Shown: one piece after another, positions 1 through 9,863 of the stretch
Numbering within the stretch: the stretch's first letter is position 1
How the letters are laid out: each line of letters begins with the position of its first letter
Origin: a candidate division WOR-3 bacterium
GTDB taxonomy: Bacteria; Hydrothermota; Tepidihabitantia; Tepidihabitantales; Tepidihabitantaceae
Length of the DNA stretch: 45,852 nucleotides
Reading direction: 5' to 3'
Assembly: GCA_965649295.1 (NCBI GenBank)
Contig: CBFGKH010000004.1
Coordinates: 150,168-196,019, forward strand
Notes under the pieces: generated by a model
Database searches by the model: none
Told to the model about the DNA's origin: nothing
The model's input: only the letters and a program-made list of their open reading frames with translations
Program-made: the position numbers and the translations under genes

Positions 1-18
1 ATTAGCTTCGCCCGCTTC

Positions 19-46
19 TTGACTAGTCTTGCCCCTGCCTTAGAAT
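19..46 (+). promoter_or_regulatory. sigma70-type promoter of asnS (leaderless)
   Basis: TTGACT(19-24)-16 bp-TAGAAT(41-46); ATG at 53 is 6 nt downstream; no SD. Confidence 0.75.
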
Positions 47-52
47 CGCGTG

Positions 53-1342
53 ATGGAAGTCACTGTTGACAGAATCGGCTCGCATGTCGGCCAGGAAGTC
101 ACCCTGACCGGCTGGGTCTATAACACTCGCTCTTCGGGCAAGATTCGCTTTGTCCTACTGCGCGACGGCACCGGCATAATCCAGTGTGTCTTCATCAAGT
201 CTCAGGTGCCTGACGCCGCGTTCGACCTCGCTGACAATGTCACTCAAGAATCGTCAGTCGAAATCGTCGGCTCGGTACGCGAAGACAAACGTGCGCCCGG
301 TGGCTATGAGCTGACTGTCAAAGATATGCGACTCATCCATCTGGCCGAGCCGTACCCGATCACGCCGAAAGAACACGGTATCGAGTTTCTGATGGAACAT
401 CGCCATCTCTGGCTGCGCTCGACCCGGCAGCATGCCATTCTGCGAATCCGCTCGGAAATGGTCAAGGCGCTGCGCGACTTCCTCGATGCCCAAGGCTTCG
501 TCCTTGCCGACACGCCGATTCTGACCCCGGCCGCCGGTGAAGGTACCACCACCTTGTTTCCAGTTGACTACTACGGTGAACAGGTGTATCTGGCCCAGAC
601 TGGCCAGCTCTACAACGAGGCAATCGCTGCTGCAGTACGCAAGACCTACTGTTTTGGTCCGACCTTTCGCGCTGAGAAATCGAAGACTCGCCGCCACCTG
701 ATGGAGTTCTGGATGCTCGAACCGGAAGTAGCGTTCCTCGACCTTGCTGGCGCCATGAGCTTGGCCGAAGAGCTGGTCAGCTACATGGTCGGTCGGGTGC
801 TCGACAAACGGCGGGCCGAGCTTGCCGTGCTCGAACGTGACATCACCAAACTCGAAGCGGTCCGAGCGCCGTTCCCGCGCATCAGCTACGCCGAAGCGGT
901 CAAGTTGCTCCAGGAAAAAGGCAAGCCAATTCGTCTCGGCGACGACTTCGGCGGCGACGAAGAAACCCTGATTGGTGAAAGCTTCGACCGCCCGGTGATG
1001 GTGCACCACTATCCGGCGGCAATCAAGGCGTTCTACATGAAACGAGACCCGGCCGATCCGACCCTTGCTCTTGCCTTTGATATGATTTGTTCTGAGGGCT
1101 ACGGAGAGATCGTCGGCGGTTCGGAACGCGAGGATGACTTGGCAACGCTCAAACAGCGTATTACCGAAAACAAACTGCCAGAATCAGCCTTCCGCTGGTA
1201 TCTCGATGTCCGACGTTACGGATCTTTCCCGCACGCCGGTTTCGGGCTCGGTCTGGAACGAACGGTCGCCTGGATTTGTGGACTGCGCCACATCCGCGAG
1301 ACCATTCCGTTCCCACGCATGCTTGAAAAGGTCTATCCATAG
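53..1342 (+). CDS. asnS: asparagine--tRNA ligase
   Basis: OB-fold N-terminus (GWVYNTRSSGKIRF.LRDGTG), YLAQTGQLY, FRAEKSKTRRHL.EFWMLEPE, GFGLGLER..AWICG..IRETIPFPR; ATG 53 preferred over GTG 50. Confidence 0.95.
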   Translation: MEVTVDRIGSHVGQEVTLTGWVYNTRSSGKIRFVLLRDGTGIIQCVFIKSQVPDAAFDLADNVTQESSVEIVGSVREDKRAPGGYELTVKDMRLIHLAEPYPITPKEHGIEFLMEHRHLWLRSTRQHAILRIRSEMVKALRDFLDAQGFVLADTPILTPAAGEGTTTLFPVDYYGEQVYLAQTGQLYNEAIAAAVRKTYCFGPTFRAEKSKTRRHLMEFWMLEPEVAFLDLAGAMSLAEELVSYMVGRVLDKRRAELAVLERDITKLEAVRAPFPRISYAEAVKLLQEKGKPIRLGDDFGGDEETLIGESFDRPVMVHHYPAAIKAFYMKRDPADPTLALAFDMICSEGYGEIVGGSEREDDLATLKQRITENKLPESAFRWYLDVRRYGSFPHAGFGLGLERTVAWICGLRHIRETIPFPRMLEKVYP

Positions 1343-2125
1343 GAAGTAACTATGCCAATACATTATCGAAAACTGATGACAGGCGGCGCACCGAGAGAAT
1401 TGAAGAGACTTTTCTTTGCCGCTGGTCTTCCTAGGATAATTGACCATTTTAAGAACGGGACAATGGCTCTAATCAGTGCATTCAAATCAGGCCGGCCTTT
1501 GGAAGAGAACTTGGAGAATCAGTGGAAGCTTGCTCAGAGAGTTCGTGAGATGGGTTTAGGTTACACTCCTGTGATAGGTAGGTGGGGAGGTGAAAATGAG
1601 CGAACCCTACTCATACCGAACATTACCAAAGAACAGGCGAAACAACTAGCGAAGGAGTTTAATCAGGATGCATATCTGTGGGCAGAGAAGGGAAGGTGGT
1701 GTGTTTGGTTAACAAACAATGATGAATTGTATGCCACTGGAACCACGCTGCATCTGATTAGAGCAGATGAAGAATTCATGAACTACACTGAGACAAAGAA
1801 GAAGCGGAAGCTAGTGATGCAATCGAAGAAGCCATAAAATAGGTGAAGATATTTTGTCGGAATATCGTATCATTATATATGAAGGCAAACGACAGGCTCT
1901 TGAAAATCAGGAGCGAAAGGATGACTCACATGCCTACAAACAAAGCAGGTAAGATGAATGCGACGTTCGTATCCTACAGTGGTGATGGTGAGTTGCTAGT
2001 AAAGTCACAGAAGCTGGAGCCGAAGTTGTGAAGAAATGGTTCCAAGACTCTGGTAGGAACATCGAGAACCACCGCACGGAGCACTACGACTTGAGAGTTG
2101 AGATTGTTACGAATCCGCAGGAGGC
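1343..2125. other. low-GC islet between asnS and the 2129 gene
   Basis: Visibly A/T-rich with A/T-ending codons, in contrast to C/G-ending codons in flanking genes. Confidence 0.65.
1352..1837 (+). CDS. phage SAM-lyase-like / DUF3293-like protein
   Basis: Motifs LISAFKS...EN....L...G....G.W...ERTLLI....A.QLAKEFNQDAYL match the pattern recalled for T3 SAMase/DUF3293; AT-richer than flanks; AGGAAG upstream. Confidence 0.6.
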   Translation: MPIHYRKLMTGGAPRELKRLFFAAGLPRIIDHFKNGTMALISAFKSGRPLEENLENQWKLAQRVREMGLGYTPVIGRWGGENERTLLIPNITKEQAKQLAKEFNQDAYLWAEKGRWCVWLTNNDELYATGTTLHLIRADEEFMNYTETKKKRKLVMQSKKP

Positions 2126-2128
2126 AAG

Positions 2129-2386
2129 ATGCCTGAAACGAAAGTCGGAGTCGTCACCCACTACTTTGCCAAGGTCGGTGTCGCTGTTATCAAGGCAACC
2201 GATGGCGACATCAAGGTAGGTGACACAATTCACATCAAAGGTCACACCAGTGATCACACCCAGGTAATCGAATCGATGCAGATTGAGCACGCACCGATAC
2301 AGATACTGCTGCAAGGACAGGAAGCTGGCGTCAAGGTCGGCGCCCATGTCCATGAGCACGACATCGTCTATAAGGTGACCGCGTGA
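2129..2386 (+). CDS. small EF-Tu domain II-like / U32 peptidase C-terminal-like beta-barrel protein
   Basis: VG.VTHYF.KVGVA.I......VGD.IHIKG.T.D..Q..ESMQIEH pattern; SD GGAGG upstream. Confidence 0.8.
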   Translation: MPETKVGVVTHYFAKVGVAVIKATDGDIKVGDTIHIKGHTSDHTQVIESMQIEHAPIQILLQGQEAGVKVGAHVHEHDIVYKVTA

Positions 2387-2405
2387 ACTAAGAACAAGGA
2401 GTAGT

Positions 2406-2519
2406 ATGCCCCGTAGCAAAAGCAAGATTCGTCGTATGCGCCATCGTTGGGCCCTCAAGGCCAAGCGCCGCAAAGAGGCACGGAAACAGGCAGCCAGGGC
2501 CCAGCAACCAATCTCCTGA
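2406..2519 (+). CDS. 37-aa Arg/Lys-rich small protein (not in ORF track)
   Basis: SD AAGGAG 4 nt before ATG; MPRSKSKIRRMRHRWALKAKRRKEARKQAARAQQPIS; fills the gap between the 2129 gene and addB. Confidence 0.65.
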   Translation: MPRSKSKIRRMRHRWALKAKRRKEARKQAARAQQPIS

Positions 2520-2559
2520 CCACCTAAGCTGGCACTGCTGACCAGCTTCGACTGCACTG

Positions 2560-5412
2560 ATGACCTTGCCCGGTAAGCTGTTTCTTACCCAGTTCGGCTG
2601 TCAGGACCCGACAGCACAACTCTTCGACGCGATTCTTGAATCCGACACAGCTCCGGCTGACATTCTCTACCTCTGCCCCAGCCCGCGCAAGCTGCGTGAC
2701 GTCCAGTTACGTTTCTTCAACCAACTAGCACGGCCAGCAGTCGTTCCGCCAAACTTCACCACACCCTCTCAGCTTGCCCGCGAACTGCACGAACGTTACG
2801 GTAGCGGTCGTCGGTTTCCGACCGAGCTCAAGCCTCTGCTCCTCCGTCGGCTGCTGTCGCCCATTCGACGACGACCACTGGCTGACAGTTTCCTCTCCCC
2901 CGACGCGGTCGGCGAGCCACTGACTCCAACGCTTGGCCACGCCTCAGCCGTGGCCACGTTCATTCGCGATGTCAAGTCCTACGTCCCGCCAAGCGAACTG
3001 CCCAGTCTCAAGTCAAAGCTCACCGAACTGCTGGCCGGATTTGCTACTCCCTGTCGTCGGGCGCTCGAAGCACTGGAAGTCATGCAGCGCTACAACGAAC
3101 TGCTACAGGCTAAAGGCTGGGTTGACAGTGAGGATATTCTTGCGGCTGCTCCGGAGTTGGTTCGCACTCACCTGCGTCCGCGTCTCCTCGTACTCGACTC
3201 TTTTGTCGCACCGAACCGACTCGAACAGGAACTGCTGCTCGCCCTCATTGAGAAAGCCGACACCACCCTGGCAATGGGCTATCATGGTCCTGGTGACGAG
3301 TACCGGATTGCTGCTGGTTTCTGCGATCAACTTCGCCAGCAAGCCGGCCTTGCTGCTTTCGAACTACCACCTGGCCCGCCAGCAAGCGACCAGCGTCTCG
3401 TTGCGTTTCCGACCCTCGATGAGGAAATCGCCGGCATTTGCCGCAGCATTCGCGATCGCGGCCAGGCCATCAATCTTGCCGAAACGGTCGTCACATTTCC
3501 AAGCCTTACTGATTGTGCGCCGGTCGTGCATCGGGTCTTTGAGCAATACGGCATCCCGGTCACACTTTATCCTGAGACAAGCCTCGCCTCATCGCCGCCG
3601 GTCATTGCTATCATTGAACTGCTCACCGCACTCGACACTGGGTACGAACGCATCGCCACGACTGCCGCGTTCAGTTCCCCTTACCTACCGGGTTTGCTGC
3701 GGCTACCCGGCGAAAAGGATTCCACTAAACGCGACCGAGCCGCGGCCATGCTCAACCACTATTCGCGCCGCGGCGGCATCATCAAAGACCGCCTGAACTG
3801 GTGGCATATTGCCGAACGGGTGGCTGCTGCTGAAGACCGGCAGCTTGCCGATGTCGAAACTGCGTTGCTACATGACCTGCAAGCACGCGTTCGCCAAGCG
3901 ATTGGCCTCACTGAGAAGCTGCTTGAGCCAGCCGACACCGCCGGCAATCAGGCCAAACGGCTCAAACAATTTCTCGAAGCCACTGACTTCTGCGGCAACC
4001 TTATCTCTGAGACCGACAATGAACTGCTCGAGGATCGTAAGACGGTCTATGACCTGCTCGACAGTATTACTGCCCTCGACGCCGAGTTTGGGGAACGGCC
4101 CGAGCCGCGAAAAGAGTTCATTAGGGCCTTGCGTTCGCTACTCAACAGCTGCACACGCCAGCCCGACCCTGCTGCCCGCGGCGTCATTGTAACAACCATT
4201 GCCGAGACGCTCGGTCTTTATCCCAGCCATCTCTACGTCGCCGGTCTCACCGAAAACAATCTACCCAGTGCCCCGGCTGCCGACTCGATTCTACCTGACA
4301 GCACTCGCCGCGCCCTGGGCATGCCCGACTACGAATGGCACCGTGACTATCAACGCTTTCACCTCTGCCGCACCCTAGCCTCAGCCCAGGAACCCCCTTT
4401 TCTTTCGTTTCACGACTCAACCGATGGCAAACCGGTCCTGCCGACGCCATTCCTTGCTGTCGAAGTAACAAAGCCTGCGTTCTCCGGGGTCGCCTATTCG
4501 CCAGCTGAGATTCAGTTTGCCCGCGGCGAACTGACCGGGAAGCACTTTGCCGACCGAACCCAGCCGGTTGACTTTAGTAATGACAGCACCGTTAAGGCCA
4601 AACTCGCCCAAAGATTTGGCCCTGACCGTCCACTTTCAGTAACCGGTCTGGAAAACTACCGCCGCTGTCCGTATCAATTCTACCACGAATACGTGCTCGG
4701 GCTCGATACCCTGCCCGAGCCGACCTATGATGTTGACGCTCAGCAATGGGGCCGCGTTGTCCACCGCGTGCTCGAGAAGCTGTACGAGCACGGCTCGGTT
4801 CCGCTCAATGCTATTGAACAACGCGCTACTGCCATACTTGAAGACGTTCTCCGCGAAACGAACCTACCCCAGTTCTGGCAACAAGTGACACGCCGTGTCT
4901 TTGCCAACATCCTGCCTGGCTTTGTGAAATGCGAAGCAACTTTGCGCGATGACGGCTTTGTGCCGGTGCAGAGTGAGTCGTCGGTTTCAGGTCACATCAC
5001 CCCTGATATCATGGTGCGGGGCCGCCTCGACCGCCTCGACGCATCACAAAAGGCGGTGCGGATTCTTGACTACAAGACCGGCTCGACAAACAAGTTTAGT
5101 CCCAAAGCCGTTATCCAGAAACGCACCCAAGTCCAGCTCCCGCTCTACGCCAAACTAGTCCACGACAAAGAAAGACATCGAGTAGTTGATAACATGGGAA
5201 TCTACAGCCTGCGCGATTTGCGCGTAGTCTGGTTCGCTGGCAGGGACTACACAGTTGACCAACTGATACAGGCCGCAGTCGCCAACACGGTAGAAATCGT
5301 TGCCGGCATCCGCTCCGGCCGATTTCCAGCCGTGCCGTCTGAGGATGATCCCTGCCGTCACTGCACGCTTGACCACACCTGCGGCCGGCAGGAACCAAAG
5401 AAAACGGACTAG
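2560..5412 (+). CDS. addB: AddB/RexB-like helicase-nuclease subunit (PD-(D/E)XK, Fe-S staple)
   Basis: SVTGLENYRRCPYQFY, RGRLDRLD, ILDYKTG, QLPLY, C-terminal CRHC...C; directly upstream of a UvrD-like gene. Confidence 0.85.
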   Translation: MTLPGKLFLTQFGCQDPTAQLFDAILESDTAPADILYLCPSPRKLRDVQLRFFNQLARPAVVPPNFTTPSQLARELHERYGSGRRFPTELKPLLLRRLLSPIRRRPLADSFLSPDAVGEPLTPTLGHASAVATFIRDVKSYVPPSELPSLKSKLTELLAGFATPCRRALEALEVMQRYNELLQAKGWVDSEDILAAAPELVRTHLRPRLLVLDSFVAPNRLEQELLLALIEKADTTLAMGYHGPGDEYRIAAGFCDQLRQQAGLAAFELPPGPPASDQRLVAFPTLDEEIAGICRSIRDRGQAINLAETVVTFPSLTDCAPVVHRVFEQYGIPVTLYPETSLASSPPVIAIIELLTALDTGYERIATTAAFSSPYLPGLLRLPGEKDSTKRDRAAAMLNHYSRRGGIIKDRLNWWHIAERVAAAEDRQLADVETALLHDLQARVRQAIGLTEKLLEPADTAGNQAKRLKQFLEATDFCGNLISETDNELLEDRKTVYDLLDSITALDAEFGERPEPRKEFIRALRSLLNSCTRQPDPAARGVIVTTIAETLGLYPSHLYVAGLTENNLPSAPAADSILPDSTRRALGMPDYEWHRDYQRFHLCRTLASAQEPPFLSFHDSTDGKPVLPTPFLAVEVTKPAFSGVAYSPAEIQFARGELTGKHFADRTQPVDFSNDSTVKAKLAQRFGPDRPLSVTGLENYRRCPYQFYHEYVLGLDTLPEPTYDVDAQQWGRVVHRVLEKLYEHGSVPLNAIEQRATAILEDVLRETNLPQFWQQVTRRVFANILPGFVKCEATLRDDGFVPVQSESSVSGHITPDIMVRGRLDRLDASQKAVRILDYKTGSTNKFSPKAVIQKRTQVQLPLYAKLVHDKERHRVVDNMGIYSLRDLRVVWFAGRDYTVDQLIQAAVANTVEIVAGIRSGRFPAVPSEDDPCRHCTLDHTCGRQEPKKTD

Positions 5413-8400
5413 ATGCCACCGACGAGCCCTCAGAACCGAATGGCGACAGCTCCTCTGAAGCACCAAGTTGTCTTTGCGCCAGCCGGCTCAGGCAAGACCG
5501 AGCGGCTGACTCGCCGCTACATCGACCTGCTCAAACTCGGGGTCAAACCGGAGCGAATTCTTACCCTGACGTTCACCGAGAAAGCCGCTGCCGAGATGAA
5601 GGAACGCATCTTCGCGCGGCTAGCTGAAGAGGACCGGGCGCTGTTTGATGACCTACGCAACAACGCACTCAAGCTCCGCATCTCCACCATCCACGCTTTC
5701 TGTCTTGCTCTGGTCAAACGCTTCGGCCCGCTTGCCGGAATGGACCCGCGCCTCGAAGTGCTGGCCGACCCCGAGTCAACCTGGCAGGCAGCCAAATACG
5801 ACGCCCTGATGCAGGTCGCCGAACACGAACGCGGCACTCCAACCTACGATTCGCTAATGGAACTGGTCACGCAAGATCAGGTTCAGGGCTGGTCCCGCCT
5901 CTCCTCGCTCTTCGACTCGCTATTTGCCCGACGCATTGCCATCGCCCGGGCCCGCGCTGTGCCACTCGACGAAGAACGCCTAACCGCACTCGCCCGCAGT
6001 CTTGCCGCCAACGACTGCAGCCGCAAACTGCCCGACTACCGGCACCTGTTCCCAAAGAAATGGGACGCGACGACCCGCCGTGAAGTAGCCGAACTGCTGG
6101 AGCAGCACCGGGACATCTACCTGACCAGGTCCGGCGGCACTCCCAGGATCAGAGGCTGCAACGAAGCCGAGCAGGAATGGAACAGGCAGATGGCCGAATA
6201 CCGGACGCTCGTGCGCATCGGGGTCTGGGCCGACGAGTTCAACCGTTCATTCAACCTGTTCTGCAACCCGTTCCTCGTCACCTACACTCGGCTCAAAAAC
6301 GAATCTGGCCAGGTTGACTATGACGACATGGAATCGCTCGCGCTCCAGCTCATTGCCGAGACACCGGAGTGGCAGAATATCCTCTACGCCTTCGACGAAC
6401 ATACCGACCATCTGCTTGTTGACGAGTTCCAAGACACGAGCTTCATCCAATGGCGTATCATCGACCGACTCACCGAAGAATGGCGCTCCGGCGAGGGCGC
6501 CAAAGCCGACCGCGCCATCGAGCCGACAATCTTCATTGTCGGCGACGACAAGCAGTCAATCTACATGTTCCGCGACGCCAAGGTCGAAGTCTTCACAACT
6601 GCTGCAGACAGACTCGAAGAATGGGTCGGCAAGGACAAACTCGAACGGATTACCCTGCACGAAAACTATCGCAGCCTGCAGGCCATTATTGACTTCACCA
6701 ACAAGCTTTTCTCCGGCCTGATGGCCCCGCCAACTGATAAATCTACCAGGGCTAAGCCTTGGCGCACCCGTTACTCGCCATTTGAACGCCGACGGCAGAA
6801 CGATCACCCCGGCCTGGTCGAGATACTGCTCGACCGTTACGAAGGAAGCATGGCTGAGTGCCGACAGCGCGAGGCTCGGAACATCTGCCAGCGGATTCGC
6901 CATTTCGTCACCACGCCACTGACCCTCTTCGACCACTCGGAACAGCCTCGTCCCTGCGAATACCGCGACATCGCCATCCTCATTCGCAGCCGCACCCACC
7001 TCGACGCCATCGAACAGGCCCTACTCGAAGCCGGTCTGCCCTACCTCGTACTCGGCGGCACCGGCTTCTACTCCGAACCGGAAGTCAGACACCTGGTATC
7101 GCTTCTGACATTCCTGATTGACCCGACCGACGACACTTCCCTCTACATCACGCTACGCGGCCCTTTCTTCAACGTGGAAGAACGCGACCTCTTTCTCGCC
7201 AACTCCGCCCACTCCTCATTCGCCAATCACAACTCGCCATTCGCAGTCTCCTTGTGGGCCCGCATCTGCGCTAACCCTTCTCCGGCCCTCGCACCGGCAA
7301 TTGCTGCACTAGGCCGCTGGCTTGCTCAGGTCCAGCGCATCCCACTCGCTCGCATCATCGAACAGGCAATGGCCGAACAGAAAGTCTGGGAAGTATTCTG
7401 GGAACCCCAACGTCAGGCCAACTGCCGCAAGCTTATTAGTATTATCGAGCAGCTTGAAACCGCTGGCAACCACCCGCTCCGTATCCTGCGCGAGCTCCAA
7501 CAGGCAGAAGGTAAGGAGAAGGAACCCAAGGCTGACGTCCGCGCCGAGGGCCGCAACGCCATTCAGGTTCTCACGATCCACACAGCCAAAGGACTCCAGT
7601 TCCCGGTCGTGTTCGTACCCGGACTCGATGAAAAGCTGAAGGCATCAGGCGGCGCCGGCGACCCACTCATTATCGAAGAAATCAGTCCGGATGAAGTCCG
7701 ATTCTCCTACATACCTGATGTCCAAGCCCGGCGCACCAGCGAATGCCACATGACCCACGTTGCCAAGGAACTCGAAGAAGAGAAACGGATCTTCTACGTC
7801 GCCTGTACCCGGGCCCGTGATGCGCTCATCCTCTCCGGCATCTGGAATCAAAGGGCACAGAAGGGCAGCCGGCTCGAATGGCTTATCGAACACCTCGGCC
7901 TGCATGAGACTGAGACTGGCTTTGCCCTATCCGGACCGATACGAGGCGTTACTTGTACTGACACCGCCACCATAGCTGAACCGCCTACCACTGAATCTCC
8001 AGTTACCACCCGGCGGACAGTAACTGTCCTGCGCGAGTCGCCGATCGAGAACCTCATCGCTACCCCTCCTCGCCTCATCGCTGTTACCCGCAATCTCCCT
8101 CGCGACTCCGCTCACTACCCTACCGAGACCATCGGCCTTGGCGACATAATCCATCAACTCTTAGCCATGATAGCCAATGCCGAGCTGCCACCTGATGGCC
8201 CGCCGCTCACCACCGAAACCATTCGCCTGCTCCGTCTGCATGGCCTGCCTGCTTCGCTACTCGATAACCTGCTGTCAACCATTTCGAAACTAAGGTCAAC
8301 GCCAGCAGTCTGGTCGGTTATCGCTCCCCAGCCCAACTCTTTTGCCGAACTGCCAGTGATGTACTCGGACGGCACGACCACCTACATCGGCCGCATCGAC

Positions 8401-8607
8401 CGCCTGATACTCACCGACACCGAAGCCCGCATCTACGACTACAAGACCTTCCCGGTCAAGAAAGCTGACATCCCGGAGCTTGTGAAGGAATACCACGAAG
8501 GCCAACTCCAGCACTACGCCGACGCAGTCCGTCGCCTCTACCCGGACAAAAAGGTCAGCACCTTCCTAATCTTCACGAGCCTGCCGCGCATCGTCCCAAC
8601 AACCTAG
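5413..8607 (+). CDS. addA: AddA/RexA-like UvrD helicase-nuclease
   Basis: APAGSGKT, LTFTEKAAAEM, LVDEFQDTS, VGDDKQSIYMFR, NYRS, TIHTAKGLQF, YVACTRA, C-terminal GRIDRL..IYDYKT..QL..Y. Confidence 0.9.
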   Translation: MPPTSPQNRMATAPLKHQVVFAPAGSGKTERLTRRYIDLLKLGVKPERILTLTFTEKAAAEMKERIFARLAEEDRALFDDLRNNALKLRISTIHAFCLALVKRFGPLAGMDPRLEVLADPESTWQAAKYDALMQVAEHERGTPTYDSLMELVTQDQVQGWSRLSSLFDSLFARRIAIARARAVPLDEERLTALARSLAANDCSRKLPDYRHLFPKKWDATTRREVAELLEQHRDIYLTRSGGTPRIRGCNEAEQEWNRQMAEYRTLVRIGVWADEFNRSFNLFCNPFLVTYTRLKNESGQVDYDDMESLALQLIAETPEWQNILYAFDEHTDHLLVDEFQDTSFIQWRIIDRLTEEWRSGEGAKADRAIEPTIFIVGDDKQSIYMFRDAKVEVFTTAADRLEEWVGKDKLERITLHENYRSLQAIIDFTNKLFSGLMAPPTDKSTRAKPWRTRYSPFERRRQNDHPGLVEILLDRYEGSMAECRQREARNICQRIRHFVTTPLTLFDHSEQPRPCEYRDIAILIRSRTHLDAIEQALLEAGLPYLVLGGTGFYSEPEVRHLVSLLTFLIDPTDDTSLYITLRGPFFNVEERDLFLANSAHSSFANHNSPFAVSLWARICANPSPALAPAIAALGRWLAQVQRIPLARIIEQAMAEQKVWEVFWEPQRQANCRKLISIIEQLETAGNHPLRILRELQQAEGKEKEPKADVRAEGRNAIQVLTIHTAKGLQFPVVFVPGLDEKLKASGGAGDPLIIEEISPDEVRFSYIPDVQARRTSECHMTHVAKELEEEKRIFYVACTRARDALILSGIWNQRAQKGSRLEWLIEHLGLHETETGFALSGPIRGVTCTDTATIAEPPTTESPVTTRRTVTVLRESPIENLIATPPRLIAVTRNLPRDSAHYPTETIGLGDIIHQLLAMIANAELPPDGPPLTTETIRLLRLHGLPASLLDNLLSTISKLRSTPAVWSVIAPQPNSFAELPVMYSDGTTTYIGRIDRLILTDTEARIYDYKTFPVKKADIPELVKEYHEGQLQHYADAVRRLYPDKKVSTFLIFTSLPRIVPTT
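7210..7251 (+). repeat. in-frame heptamer tandem tract in addA
   Basis: CACTCCT CATTCGC CAATCAC AACTCGC CATTCGC AGTCTCC (6x7 nt), within AHSSFANHNSPFAVS. Confidence 0.6.
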
Positions 8608-9002
8608 CCGCCTCTGCGCGCCCCAGACCCTGTCCGCGACTCACTCTCTAACACGTCATCGCCGTAGCTACACCCCTTACCGCATACCTGCCCTTACCAG
8701 CCCAGCCACAAATCATACCAGTTATGATGCAACATCTTACATGGGATGCTAACTCTTGATTTATCAATGAGCTAGAATGAATGATCGTCTGACCAGCCCG
8801 CTAGCGACAGGTCCTAGCAACAACACCAAGGGTCACCCAGGGAGTGACTCCCCTCGCCAGTTTCGGTACCAAGACGAGAGTTGAACCTTTGGTGGTTACT
8901 GTCGCTTCAGTCGGTCAGAACTACGCCCCTGTCAGTGACGTCAGCCGATCGAATGCGTTTGCCCTTGGGAACAGAACTCGATCCTCCGCCGTCACCAAAC
9001 CG

Positions 9003-9863
9003 CTACAATCTAGCCTTGATGCGAGGGCCTATCTCCTCCGGCTCGTAGATAACCTCAATACCTGCAGCCTCAAAAGCCTTGATCTTTTCTGGTGCAGTGC
9101 CTGAACCACCGGCAATGATGGCACCGGCATGGCCCATCCTCTTGCCTGGCGGAGCAGTCTGACCAGCGATAAAACCAAAAACCGGCTTGCGGCAGTTCTG
9201 CTTCACCCATTCAGCCGCTCGTTCCTCATCGTTGCCGCCGATCTCGCCGACTATCACGATTGCCTTGGTCTCGGGATCGGCGTTGAACAGCTCAAGGCAA
9301 TCAATGAAGTTGGTGCCAATGACCGGGTCACCGCCGATGCCGACAACTGTGGACTGGCCGAACTCAGCAGTCTGACTGGCTATCTCATAGGTCAGTGTGC
9401 CCGACCGGGAAACTACACCAACGCAGCCCGGCTGGAAACTCGCCTGGGGCATGATCCCGACCTTCGCTTTGCCTGGCGAAATCACCCCCGGGCAATTGGG
9501 ACCAAGCAGCCGCGTACCGGTGCCGCGGGCGTAGTCAAGAACCCGCACCATGTCCAGAGTAGGAACACCCTCAGTGACGCAAACGACAAGCTGCAGTCCT
9601 GCTGCCACACCCTCCATCATCGCATCAGCAGCAAATGCTGCCGGCACAAAAATGATAGTCGTGTTCGCTCCGGTCTTGGCTACCGCTTGCTCCACCGAAT
9701 CGAATACGGGAATGCCTTCGACAAGCTGGCCGCCCTTGCCCGGCGTCACGCCGCCGACAACGTTCGTGCCGTAGTCCCGCATCGCCCGCGCATGAAACGC
9801 ACCGTCGCGACCGGTGATACCCTGAACAATCACCCGCGTGTTCTTGTCAACAAGTATGCTCAC
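9003..9863 (-). CDS. sucD: succinyl-CoA synthetase alpha subunit
   Basis: [35 protein letters not shown]. Confidence 0.97.
   Translation of the reverse strand: MSILVDKNTRVIVQGITGRDGAFHARAMRDYGTNVVGGVTPGKGGQLVEGIPVFDSVEQAVAKTGANTTIIFVPAAFAADAMMEGVAAGLQLVVCVTEGVPTLDMVRVLDYARGTGTRLLGPNCPGVISPGKAKVGIMPQASFQPGCVGVVSRSGTLTYEIASQTAEFGQSTVVGIGGDPVIGTNFIDCLELFNADPETKAIVIVGEIGGNDEERAAEWVKQNCRKPVFGFIAGQTAPPGKRMGHAGAIIAGGSGTAPEKIKAFEAAGIEVIYEPEEIGPRIKARL

Noticed and set aside
53..1342. Non-discriminating AspRS
   Set aside because: QTGQLY, WMLEPE and AWICG motifs fit AsnRS
8920..8995. Short minus-strand peptide VTAEDRVLFPRA (hemerythrin-like)
   Set aside because: Too short; likely coincidental
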